Origin: Podarcis cretensis
Taxonomy: Eukaryota
NCBI GenBank assembly: GCA_951804945.1
Contig: OX638152.1
Coordinates: forward strand, 59,520,001-59,584,000
Length of the DNA stretch: 64,000 nucleotides
Direction of reading: 5' to 3'
This document shows, in pieces, positions 1 to 29,338 of the stretch (its first letter is position 1; every line of letters begins with the position of its first letter). The translations under genes were made by a program, and so were the position numbers. The notes below the pieces were generated by a model. The model made no database searches. It saw only the letters and a list, made by a program, of their open reading frames with translations, and was not told the origin of the DNA.

Positions 1-27
1 ATTTTGTGGAATGAAAAGTCTACTTAC

Positions 28-49
28 CATTTAAAATGATGACAAACAT
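28..49 (-). CDS. NYX: Nyctalopin, first coding exon (exon 28-91; coding part MFVIILN plus 1 nt); gene continues beyond the left edge
   Basis: Minus strand: ttttag|ATTTTGG...ATG TTT GTC ATC ATT TTA AAT G|GTAAGT. The 22 coding nt in phase 1 start a hydrophobic signal peptide, like the first coding exon of mammalian NYX (MLVLLLH-A). Same strand and directly downstream of DDX3X, as at human Xp11.4. The identity rests on a short peptide plus synteny. Confidence 0.7.
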
Positions 50-519
50 TACCCTGATTAGTTGCTTGTGGCATCTCAGGTCCTCCAAAATCTAAAAGCA
101 GACCAAAAACAGGGAACTATGCCATACAGTTCTGATTTGCAATTGTCCTTTGCCTTTCTTTTTTAAAAAGTACTGCTTATAATGTTTTTTTCATCCTCTG
201 TCTGAAAGCATAACTGATCTCCCTTCTGCTGGTTTCTTCCACAAACCTTTCCAACCAGCAACCCAATCCTTTGCATCTTTATTTTCAGAGTGAATTGGAT
301 TCCCTCTAAATTCAATGGGACTTTCTCCCAAAAAATTGTGCATTGGATTGTGATCCTACTTGCCCAAACAGTCTTATAATACATCACACTGAAATATGAA
401 GTGGACTGGAAATAATGAAAATGTATGGCTGTATGTAACCAGCCACAGATACTTTCCTCCACCAACACCTACAGAATCAAAGTGAAGTAGAAAAAGGACT
501 GGTTACCTGCCTCCCTTAC

Positions 520-720
520 CTGACAGGGGGATGTCTGTGTTGTCCTTTTTTCTTCTGAAGCTTGCGGTTAGCTCTGTTGCAGCATCTCTGAAAGGCTAGC
601 ATTTTCTCTGCTCTCAAAAGCTATCATTTAATGGCAGGAAAATCCTCTGTATCAGGGGAGGATTAGCAGAGACGGATGAGTTTGTCTTGTTCCATAAAGC
701 TTCTGGATTGTTGACAAATC
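520..720 (-). promoter_or_regulatory. Putative NYX non-coding first exon and promoter with an OTX2/CRX-type site
   Basis: Minus-strand donor CAG|GTAAGG at the 520/519 boundary (second donor CAG|GTAACC just downstream). GGATTA/TAATCC K50-homeodomain motif at 660-665. TSS not determinable. Confidence 0.4.
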
Positions 721-1734
721 CATCAGCTTTTATTCCCCTCACCCCCCCCAAAAAAAAAAAATCAGACAGGAGCTGGCCCTCAGCCATCCCCAGCATTACA
801 AAGGAAAAACCCTCACCCAGTGCTAGTTACATAAGGAGAGGCATATAATTATGTTTGAGTGCAAGCTTATGATTTTAGCATACAGTGACTGAGGAAGGCA
901 CACACCTGACTTCTCCTATCAAGGGAAAGTCTCAAAACTCAGCTGCCTGCCATAATCTGAACCACAACACAAAGCAGTGAAACTGGATCTACCATTGGGC
1001 TGAGTGAGGCAACCACCTCAAGAAGCAGATGCTGGGACAGAAATGTGTTTCCCCCCGCCCCCTGTCTTTGAACAATGCCCCCACAGGTGCAGTGGGGAAA
1101 ATGCTGTCCAGCCACCAGGGCTGAAGTAACAAACATTTCTGGTGCCAGATGCTGTTCTCTTAGCATGCACTAGTTACACAACCAACCTGCTGCATCGTGC
1201 AGACTGTGGCCATCAGCTGCAGAGTCATGCAATTGGACTTTATTTGCTCTCCCAGCCCCAGCATGCCTTCCAGATTGGGCGAAGGTGGAGCAAAAGGCAA
1301 AGTTCTGTTGTTGAAACATTAACTTGCATGTTTGTGCTTTTCGGTGCATGTGCGCCCAGTATTTGGGGGATATTCAGGCTTAAGCCTAATTAATGCATGA
1401 AAGGGTTAAGACCATAGAGTAAGCTGTCCTGCCAGGTTTAGCTAGGTTACTTCCCCTCACATTGGGAAGGTGATAAAGCCTTTGTTATTCCATTCCATCA
1501 TGCAAACTCTACCTCTAGCTTAGACCATGTGACTTAACCAAGCCATCCTTTTGTATCTATACTTTAGGAACTTTCACGACTTTGGAACCCCAATCTTACC
1601 GCTTGTCTTTTCTGACTGCTCTATGGAAAAGCACACGAATCTGACCCTTGAAGAATTTGTAAGTAAACCAACTTTAGAAGCAACTGAGGGGTTATTTTAA
1701 AGGTCTACTGCTCCATCCACTTTCCTTTGCTGTA

Positions 1735-1973
1735 CGGTCATACCTTGGAACTCGAACTGAATCCGTTCTGGGAAGTCTGTTTGACTTCCGAAACATCTGA
1801 CTTCCAAAGTGCGGCTTCCGATTGGCTGCAGGAAGCTCCTGCAGCCAATCAGAAGACCTGTCAAGACATTCGGCTTCCAAAAGAATGTTCGAAAATGAGT
1901 CATTTATGGGTTTTGATTGTTCTGGAACGGGAACGTTCGACTCTGAAGGTGTTGGGGAGCCAAGGTATGACTA
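1735..1973. mobile_element. Tc1/mariner (Tigger-like) MITE
   Basis: TA-flanked. TIRs CGGTCATACCTTGG / CCAAGGTATGACTA. Internal palindrome CTTCCGATTGGCTGCAGGA-agc-TCCTGCAGCCAATCAGAAG. Confidence 0.75.
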
Positions 1974-2557
1974 TATTTAAATCTCTGCTGAGGTTCTCTC
2001 ACCAGAGTACTTGCCCCAAACCTAGATCTCAGGCATCTAGGGAATTATCTTTTTATTATACCAAATATATATTTCTTTTAACCAGAAAAAGAAACCCACA
2101 CTATTTCTCCCCCCCCACACACCTGATGTACCAGCAACACAAGGCACAGCCTGCACCCACTTCCATAGTACATTAATACTAGTGCAATATGTAACAATGT
2201 TGTAGTGGATTCACATCCCCTAAGAGGAATGTTCCTGTTCTGGAGCCTTGTAGTACTTATTTCAGGGGAGTAGGGGACAGCAAGGTGTCAAGGGATGGAT
2301 ATAGTCAAAAATATATGGAGAGCACCAGGTTGACAGTGTATTAGAGAGCTGCCGGCCCTATCCCCAAACACTTTAGTTACTGAGGGGGTGGGTTAAGAGT
2401 TCTTACCATAAATACCCAGCCTATTTCAGGTAATTTTTAACTCAATGCATCATTTGTATGAGATGAATACTTTAATGGCTTCCTGGCAGACTTGTCTTCA
2501 CAGGCTTTTATCACATCCTAATTTTGTTCCTTCTTCCATTGTTGTATCGTGCAATTA

Positions 2558-2808
2558 CAGTGGTGCCTCGCAAGACGAAAAGAATCTGTTCCGCGAAAGC
2601 AAGCCCATTGACGGCTTAGCGGATTAGCGCTATTAGCGGCTTAGAAAAAGGGGGAGGGGAGGGAAAAAAGCCCGCAGGAACTCGCAAGATATTTTCGTCT
2701 TGCAAAGCAAGCCCATAGGAAATTCGTTTTGTGAAGCACCTCCAAAATGGAAAACTCGTCTAGCGAGTTTTCAGTCTTGCGAGGCATTCGTCTTGCGGGG
2801 CACCACTG
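2558..2808. mobile_element. Tc1/mariner (Tigger-like) MITE
   Basis: TA target-site duplication. TIRs CAGTGGTGCCTCGCAAGACGAA / TTCGTCTTGCGGGGCACCACTG. Confidence 0.85.
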
Positions 2809-3819
2809 TACATTGTAAACTGCTCTGCTAAATTTTATACTGCCAAGAACAGTAAATCAAACTAAACTTCAAAGTTAAGATTGTGAAGATCACATTTCAA
2901 TTACAGAGCTTTTTAAAGCTTGACACCCTATAATCTCCAACCATTCTCAATTTGTCTGAGCTGCTGTTTTCAAAATGACTTTTGGAAGATTATGCTTTCT
3001 GTATTGAAAGTTACCCTCGCCGTCTGCAGTCACTTATTCCAACAGCAATCTCAGGGGTTAAGTACCTTCCTGTACCAGGTGTGGACACAACTTTATTTCA
3101 GCATTTTATTCCACCTTTAAGTAGTTTAATGCTGGTTGAGTTGAGTGAATGCTAAAGATTCAGGTGCTTTGTTTAAACAGAGATCTGTTCCACATTTATT
3201 AAGTAGCACTGCCCTATTCCATCAAGATACTACTCTCTCCTTGTTGGAGGAGTCATTATTTTAAAGATAGAAAAACTGTATTTTAATGATAAACATTCAA
3301 GCACCTCTGAATTGAAAAGGGCACTTGAGCTAATTGAAACCACACTTATTCCTTTTCACACCCTTCAATTACTATATGGACATAAAGCATATAATTCTGG
3401 AAATATATTGGGGTGAATTCTGACTATGAAAGTGTTTTGGTGTCAAAACTCTGAATGGCATGTAAGATCATTCTGCAAGGGGTTAAATCCACATACCACT
3501 GATCAGTTGTTTGGGATGAAAGGGGTTTGGGGCAAAATCCATTATCTGATCAAGCAGCCATTTTTCTGCAGGTGGGAGGAAGACCCACCACTTGAACAAC
3601 ATCCCCACATTGAAGAAAACACGAGGCAAAACAGGCCACTAGGTCTGGGGGACCAAGCAGAACAGCTACAAGGGGCTGTTCCTTTCCTAGCTAAATGTGT
3701 GAGCTGCTTCTATTAGAAACTTGCATCTCTGGCACTTAACCTGGGGGTGTCTCACTGCAATCAGTAATGATTAACAATGAAAAAGGAGAAGCACATTTTG
3801 TCACCAAGAAAAAGACCAA

Positions 3820-6238
3820 CATCATAAAGTGCATTTCAACTTTTTATTTTATTAAAATTGAGAGCAATGCACAGCACATGCAGTGCTAGCATCTAAACTA
3901 ATACAATAAGCAATTACTAAACCTACAGTGACTTGAAGTTCAAATCTTTACATTCAGCAAGTTTAAATCCGTTCATTGCATATGATTGAATCCTTATCTG
4001 AACTGAATAATATTGCTGGCTNNNNNNNNNNNNNNNNNNNNNNNNNNNNNNNNNNNNNNNNNNNNNNNNNNNNNNNNNNNNNNNNNNNNNNNNNNNNNNN
4101 NNNNNNNNNNNNNNNNNNNNNNNNNNNNNNNNNNNNNNNNNNNNNNNNNACAAAAACTCACGCAACAAACATCTGAGAATCTGGACACTTCACGTCAGTG
4201 TTTTGAAGTGTTTCATTAATATCTTAAGACAAGTGTATCAAAACCTTGGCATGTTTAATTTTAAAGTTGCCAATTTTTGTTTTACTATCAGNNNNNNNNN
4301 NNNNNNNNNNNNNNNNNNNNNNNNNNNNNNNNNNNNNNNNNNNNNNNNNNNNNNNNNNNNNNNNNNNNNNNNNNNNNNNNNNNNNNNNNNNNNNNNNNNN
4401 NNNNNNNNNNNNNNNNNNNNNNNNNNNNNNNNNNNNNNNNNNNNNNNNNNNNNNNNNNNNNNNNNNNNNNNNNNNNNNNNNNNNNNNNNNNNNNNNNNNN
4501 NNNNNNNNNNNNNNNNNNNNNNNNNNNNNNNNNNNNNNNNNNNNNNNNNNNNNNNNNNNNNNNNNNNNNNNNNNNNNNNNNNNNNNNNNNCATTATTCCC
4601 ATGGTCCCAGTTTTAGAATCTAGTTCCTCCTCCTTAGACAAGNNNNNNNNNNNNNNNNNNNNNNNNNNNNNNNNNNNNNNNNNNNNNNNNNNNNNNNNNN
4701 NNNNNNNNNNNNNNNNNNNNNNNNNNNNNNNNNNNNNNNNNNNNNNNNNNNNNNNNNNNNNNNNNNNNNNNNNNNNNNNNNNNNNNNNNNNNNNNNNNNN
4801 NNNNNNNNNNNNNNNNNNNNNNNNNNNNNNNNNNNNNNNNNNNNNNNNNNNNNNNNNNNNNNNNNNNNNNNNNNNNNNNNNNNNNTTAGGAGATTTTGCT
4901 GTTGTCCTATGCCACTTAGAGTAAGAGTTGGTAACAGCTCTGGCCGCAGAAGATAGCTCAGAGAAACTAAGTGGCAGAGGCATTTTACTGTTGGAAATAC
5001 TTATCTTTGGCCAGATTCAGCATAACAGACTAAATACAATGGAAACCTATGCAACTAAAACTGACTAAAACTGCACTTGATAGCAGAATTGAAACCTTGT
5101 GCAGTTATGTACATTCCAACCTTTGTGATCTCAGAATTTGTTACTCTTCTGGAGCCATTTTACAAGTCTACAGTAAGCCAGTNNNNNNNNNNNNNNNNNN
5201 NNNNNNNNNNNNNNNNNNNNNNNNNNNNNNNNNNNNNNNNNNNNNNNNNNNNNNNNNNNNNNNNNNNNNNNNNNNNNNNNNNNNNNNNNNNNNNNNNNNN
5301 NNNNNNNNNNNATCAGTCAGGCCCTTAAAAGGTGGACCCATCACTGTTGTGGTCAGCCATTCTACCATTTCAATTTTAATATGGCAGGCAATTTTGAAAA
5401 GTCTAAGTAGATGAATTCTCCTAAAAACTATTTCAAGTTCAGACCTTTAAACATTCCCTGTAATGTTCCGCCTCCATTTGGCTAGCTCACATTAATAATC
5501 TGCCTAAACACTGGAATTGCTGTGTTTACTTGCATTAACTTTAAAACAGTGCTTGTATGCATGTATCCATACATCACTTCATCATCATCATCATGACTGG
5601 AATGGCTTATTAAAGACTATCAGGTTCTAAGTACCTATCCAGGATAGAGTGAGCAAATCAACTTTAACTTAGTACAGTTTTGCCACATTAGAAACTAATT
5701 CCATTGATATGCTTCAAGATGTTTTATTTTTTCAAATCTGAGTATCAAAGCCCTAATGCAGGCCACCGCACAAGTTTTTTTTTTGTAGTATAAAGTGGAT
5801 GAATCAATGATTCCTGTAAGTTGTATCACACCTGCGTGCCAAGGTTTGATTTTTTTAAAGCCCAAGTAGAGTAATTTTGTCAAGACAATTGATAATCTTG
5901 GGCATTACTGAGCCAACAGGACATCAAAATAAAAAGTTGTCTAAAGTTAAAGGCACAGTACATTAACAAATGATCCTCAGTCACAAAATTATAAATACAG
6001 TCTGGGAGTAGGGGGGTGGAGGAGTTAATCTCAACTACAATGGAGTCTTTAAACCTTCAAAGTAGGGCTTCTGNNNNNNNNNNNNNNNNNNNNNNNNNNN
6101 NNNNNNNNNNNNNNNNNNNNNNNNNNNNNNNNNNNNNNNNNNNNNNNNNNNNNNNNNNNNNNNNNNNNNNNNNNNNNNNNNNNNNNNNNNNNNNNNNNNN
6201 NNNNNNNNNNNNNNNNNNNNNNNNNNGCAGCAAGCAGA
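3820..6238 (-). other. DDX3X: DDX3X 3'UTR (about 2.4 kb) containing five N-blocks
   Basis: Follows the TGA at 6239-6241. AU-rich, no recognisable repeats, ends near tandem AATAAA signals at 3843-3853. The 3' end is approximate. Confidence 0.7.
3843..3853 (-). terminator. Overlapping tandem polyadenylation signals AATAAAATAAA for DDX3X
   Basis: Plus strand TTTATTTTATT, with U/GU-rich sequence downstream on the minus strand. Confidence 0.6.
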
Positions 6239-23675
<17,437 letters not shown>

Positions 23676-23793
23676 AACGAGAGATCGTGTCGGGAGGTCC
23701 CGCTCCGCGTAGAGAAATTCGGATTCACTAGACGTAGAACTAGCCTGGGCCGCTGTCGCTTTCGCCACTACTTCGCCTCGGAATCGCGTCTCT

Positions 23794-23831
23794 AACTGAA
23801 ACCCCCCCAGTTCGGCCCGGGCCTTTATATA
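23794..23831 (-). promoter_or_regulatory. DDX3X core promoter: TATA box and Inr
   Basis: Minus-strand TATATAAA at 23831-23824 and Inr-like TCAGTT with A at 23797, about 32 nt downstream. Gives a 5'UTR of about 120 nt. Confidence 0.7.
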
Positions 23832-26499
23832 TTCCTCCGCCCCCTCGCAGCCGCCGTGCTGACTTCAGCGCGCAAACCACGCCCCTTCTTCCTCCTCTCG
23901 ATCCCCTCCCCCCACCTCTGCTTGCAGCAAAAGGTATCGCGGGGAGAACTCTCCGCTCCGCATAAAGAGGTGGGGGGAGGGCGAAGAAATCCCAAGACTA
24001 CCGCGAGAACTAGGGAGGCTGCGGACTCCTCCCGATTCAGGAGGATCTAGGTGTTATCGCGAGGTTTCTTCACACAATGTTTACAGCGCTGCTCGCGCGA
24101 GATCTCTACCCCTCCCTCCCCGCCCTGGTTTGCCTTCCCCTCCCTCCCGTTTCGTTTCGTAAAGACTCTGGTGAGTCACCCCCCTCCTCGTTTTCTTCGA
24201 GATCTCGCGAGATTTCTGTCCAAATGAAATAAGGCTCTGGGAACAGAGCGGTTCTCTCTAGGTCACGTGGGCATTTCCGCTCGGTCCTGCCGCCATCTTA
24301 GGCTGTATGCGGCTGCTGAAGTGGCGCAGCCTTCAGGTGGGGGTGGGGGTATAGTGTGAGGGGCCCAAAGTGGAGAGCCGAGGCCATCTATTTCCCGAGG
24401 ATTGCGAGAAGGAGCACGAGAGTTGGCGGTAACGTCAGAGTGGCGTTGCGCGACTCGCTTCTGCCTTGTGTGTGACCTAGGAGGGGTCGCCTGGCAACCA
24501 GCAGCGCAGCCAGCAGCCCCTCCCGACGCCCTGTAACCCCTGAACAATAAGGAGACGATGGCCTCCTGGCGGAGTTCCCCTTCTTACGCCTTTCCCCCTT
24601 TCCCACCCCCTTCCCTCTGGCGCCTAATGCCGTTGCTTCGCTTGGTCACAAAAACCCTCTGCAGAGAAAGGATGCATAGCGATGACCTTGTCTGGGCCTC
24701 TCGCATCATTTGCCCACGGAAATGCTGCCTTCCATTGCAAGGAGGAGTTTGGCCTCTGCCGTCTTAAGTGCGGGAGGCTTCTGACCCCAGAGGTCAAGGT
24801 CAAGGGCTGAGAGGCCGCCCAGTATTTTTAGCTCTTCAGGACGCTTCTCCAGAATGCCTGTCGCCTTGGACGCATTTTGACAAAGGAGCAGATCTCATAG
24901 TAGCCTCCCCCCCCCCCCCAACTTCATCCTCTATTCACCTGAGGAAAAGCAATTTGACAGTGTTGGCTTGCTTCAGTAGATCTTTGTATACTCAAAAAGT
25001 TTGTTTCTCCCCTTGCATACATGCTAACTTCACATTTGCACTATCTGACACAGTATGATCTTAGGCACATCTATTTTAGTAAGTCCCATCAAAATAAAAT
25101 AGTGCTGCAAGTGCCGCTTGTTCTGAGGCAAATGTGTGTATTCATATGAGTTGTGTATTAGATAGGACCAATTTATTCCTTCAAGAGACAGAAAGTATCC
25201 TATCTCGCAGTGCTTGTAAATTCACTTGGCAATATATATTTACAACTCAAGTTGAAAAGCCCCTTTTTTGTTGAAGAAACTACAAAATAATTAAATTTCT
25301 CAACACTAAAAAAACTGGGTTTACCAGTATATGCATCATATGTGCATCAGGGCCACTTATGTGAACTTTTCCGCTCCTAGCATTAAGGGTGCAATTCTAT
25401 ATACACTTTACTGGAAGTTAAATAAACAATTGTGGTTTGGTTTGGTTCATGGGTTATTCTAAAAGTGAATGTCTTGTGAAAGAGTTGCTAATTTCCTGTG
25501 ATGCATCTCATGTAGTCTGAATGAACATTGTGGAATATTTGGAGGGGAGGAGGTATGCCACTCTATCCTGAGATTGCCCAAGCATCAGTTCATCCTCTTA
25601 AACCATAGAGCCCTGAGATGCAGGGAAATTAGCCTTCTGACAGTTATCCACTGGATGGAGGAAGAAAGGCGTGGATAAAGACAATAATAAAGGCTTTATT
25701 GCTGTTTTGGGGGACCAGAAGGAGCACTGTAAGTGCCTCAACAGCAGCAGCTGGTAAATGTCTATCTCTGCAGACACACATACAAAACCTTCCGCCTGAA
25801 CAAAGGAAGTAACAATGCTTGTATAACTAAGCATGGTGCTCTCCATGTTGTTTTAAAGCTGGCTTCCACAAAAGCTATAAATTATGCAAATTGATATGTG
25901 AATTCTGTGCATGTTTTCCTGAGAATAAGTCCACTGAACAAAGTAGGGCTTGCTTCTGAATCTACATGCATACAATTAACATTTGCTGGTCATGGAGAAG
26001 GACAAGAAATTATGCCCTAGGAGCACTGAAAACTTTATTTGGAAATTCGCTGGCTTCTGAGAGTTCATTAAGAACTGCAGTATACTTTCAAGCCCAACTA
26101 GAAACTTGCTTTTTTTAAAAAAAAAAAGAGAAAGCTGAAATGCCCAGGATACTGCCTTCTCTGTTCAGTATCATGACCAGCATCCTTCCACAGTACTGTA
26201 GGATACACACAGCCTTTCTTAAAGTCCATGTTCCTAGGGTCACACACAAGCATGAAAAATGTAACATTGCCAGGATTCTGCCATTTAGCTAAGCAGAAGT
26301 GTCTATTTTCATCTGTTATGGATGGTCCTTTGTATGTTAGCAAAGTGAGGCAAGGACAACAAATTCTCCCTGTTGTTTTCTGTCTGCTAGGAGGACCTGG
26401 AGCTAGTCCTCTGCCTGTGGATGACATCCAGTGCGTTTGCGTTTGTCCCTGCCTTCTAATTTGTTGACTATTATACCAATTAAGTACTGACAGTTAGCT

Positions 26500-27175
26500 G
26501 CATATGTACCTTAAAAAAGAAACCGCTAATAATGCCCACTCACAGCACAAAGAGCTCATAACGCACCTACTCTCAGCAGCCAGAAACATCATAGGCAGAC
26601 ACTGGAGAGACCTGTCAGGAGCAAGCATAGACCAATGGTGTCAAATAGTATGGGAAACAGCCTTATTAGAAAAAACTAACCAACAAACTGAAACTGACAT
26701 GGGGACAAATAGAAGAAGACGCCTTCACCCTGGTATGGTTATCCTTTATCACATACACAGCCCAACAAGAACCTGCCAACAGCATTAGAATCAATCTGGC
26801 TAACCTGATCCAAAAACACCCACCCAGCCCACTCACACATAAAAACAATTTTCACTACAGCCGAAGACAACCAGCCACACCCTAGCCTAGGCCACCCCCA
26901 ACCTCTCTCATCACCAAAGAAATACATGCAATTAGTAAAGAGAACCCACATAAGTCGCACACATACACAAAACAGGAATACAGTAGAAGCATTGCCACCC
27001 AACCCACACACACCCTTTACCATCCCCCCTCCACCTGTTTCCCCCTTTTCTTCCTAATGTAATACCAATGTCTCAACAAATGAAACTGATCTGTAGAAAA
27101 TGTAACTTGAAAAAAGAGGCATTGCACATGCTTTTGTAAACCGGAAAATTTCAATAAAAATATATTTTAAAAGAT
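26500..27175 (+). mobile_element. 5'-truncated L1/Tx1-clade LINE (ORF2 C-terminus, 3'UTR, A-rich tail)
   Basis: Peptide LITHLLSAARNIIGRHWRD...DQWCQIVWETALLEK, typical of the L1-clade ORF2 end; AC-rich UTR, AATAAA at about 27153, A-rich tail. Confidence 0.7.
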
Positions 27176-27292
27176 AAAGAATAAAAAGAAGAAGCTGCCC
27201 AATAAGTGTGCAAAAGCACACAAGCAGATTCTCCGTGCACAATTTTTAGTGTGGTTTGCTTGTGCAGTTTTCTGGTTTTGTGCTGCCATTCA

Positions 27293-27293
<1 letters not shown>

Positions 27294-27320
<27 letters not shown>
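27294..27320. repeat. (TG)n microsatellite
   Basis: About 13 TG units. Confidence 0.9.
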
Positions 27321-27323
<3 letters not shown>

Positions 27324-28463
27324 CAGTGTAACAGTATTTATAAACCTGCCACCACTTAAAAATCCATTTTGGAAGAACCAGAGCAGTTCCTTTTTTAGTG
27401 GGCCAAAATTGTTTTAACTGTGCTCAGCCTTTTAAATATGAAGCTTTGGAGTGCTGTGAGGAAAAAAGGAAGATTTGGATCAGACCCTATCCTACAGCAT
27501 CTCTGACATCAGACTCATGGACATAGGCATAGCCAGGATTTTTAGTGGGAAGCAGGCTTTTTATTAGGGCCTGCCCCCCACTAATGTATTTTTATTGACT
27601 GAGGGGGGCAGCAGCCTCTCCCTGCCCCCCCCCGGCTATGCCCATGCTCATGGACCTGAAGATGTATGACTTCATCTGTTCCAAATGAGGGACTTTTGGG
27701 TGGGGAGAGTAGAGGTGTGCAAACGTATTTTGTCTCCTTTATTATTTCTTGTGTGGAATAAGGAACTGTGTGTGAGAGAAATAACATTCCAAACCAGCCC
27801 CCACAAAAGGCACACGAATAGGAAATGGGTCAAATCAAAGACAGGCCACAACAGATAAAATAGCATTGAAAACAGGGATCGCTTCCACTGCTGCTGGATA
27901 TCTTAGAAGCTGCAGGAGTACAACTCCCATCATCCCTGAACACTGGACAGGCTCTTGTGGGAATCTCTCAACACCTGCCAATAATAACTGATTGCCATCT
28001 ATGTTGGTTAATGTATTGCTATGGTAAAGACCTTGGGTTGTTTTGCAGTCAGTTCCCTTACTTTAGGGATCATGCTGCACAACGGAAGACCCTCAAGGCC
28101 AAACCGGAACCTTTTCTGCAGAGTTGTCCTTCCTTACCATCTGCTGCTCACAAACCAGAGGCAAGAGAAAGGTGTGGAAAAGCTGCTGACTGTGAAAACA
28201 GATATTTCTCATAGTCCATGCGGTTGGATGTGGAAGGGGGCTTAGCCCACCATCCTCCAGCCCCTCCTCAATGCAGCCGTCTCATATGACCATGTGCTGA
28301 TGGTGAGAGCACATACATGCAAGCAGCTGCAGTCGTATTCCTTAGCTCTTCACTCACTTCCTCCAGTTTGCAGGGGCCGATTTTGGCCATATGGCATTCT
28401 GAGCATGGACCAAATTTGATTCCCTCCCCCCCCCCCCGAAAAAAAATACTTCTTATTTTCACA

Positions 28464-28464
28464 T

Positions 28465-28495
<31 letters not shown>

Positions 28496-28500
28496 TTATT
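28464..28500. repeat. (TTTA)n microsatellite
   Basis: About 8 units. Confidence 0.9.
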
Positions 28501-29088
28501 TTGCGCCCCCTTGGCTTGGCACCCACACCACCCTGAATCTGGCCATGGCTTCCCTCTGCATGATCATGAAATGCCATGATTGCTTGTGCTTGTGATTCGC
28601 GTAGCCTGACTGTGTGAATCAGTCCTCAGATTCAACTTCCTGGTTTGCTTGTTTTCCCAGCTAAACAGATACCTAGAAAACTGCCAGGGCAAAGTGTTCT
28701 AGATGAAGTGGAGTGACCTGTTATTCTGAAACAATTATATTTTCCAAGAGAGTTTCATTCAGTAGCCGCCGCATGGAATGTTGCTGAGCACCAGGAGACT
28801 TCAGACTGATGTAGGATGGAGCATGGGATGTGAGGTTAAAAAGGAATGCTCTGATAATTTGGGGGGGGGGGAAAGGGTGGAGCAGGCTGCTACAAGTATG
28901 CTAGTTATCATTTCCTCCTCTCATATGATACGATGCTAAATGTATCTTTGCATTTAGCCTGCAGGGTTGTTGCTTTTAAAATGAAAATATCAACCAACTG
29001 GGGCATGTGATAATGATCAGGGTCATTGCAGGCATGGAAGGAGAAATTAATTATTTCCTCTGCTACTGTGAAAGCTGCTCTTGAAATG

Positions 29089-29338
29089 CAGGGACGGGTC
29101 AGCAAACTTTTTCAGCAGGGGGCTGGTCCACTGTCCCTCAGACCTTGTGGGGGGCCAAACTATATTGGGGGGGGGTGAACAAATTCCTGTGCCCCACAAA
29201 TAACCCAGGGATGCATTTTAAATAAAAGCACACATTCTACTCATGTAAAAACACGCTGATTCCCAGACCGTCCATGAGCCGGATTTAGAAGGTGATTGGG
29301 CCAGATCCAGCCCCCGGGCCTTAGTTTGCCGACCCATG
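29089..29338. mobile_element. hAT (Charlie-like) MITE
   Basis: Termini GGGTCAGCAAACT ... AGTTTGCCGACCCATG form inverted repeats, with GGGCC-rich subterminal motifs. Confidence 0.7.
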
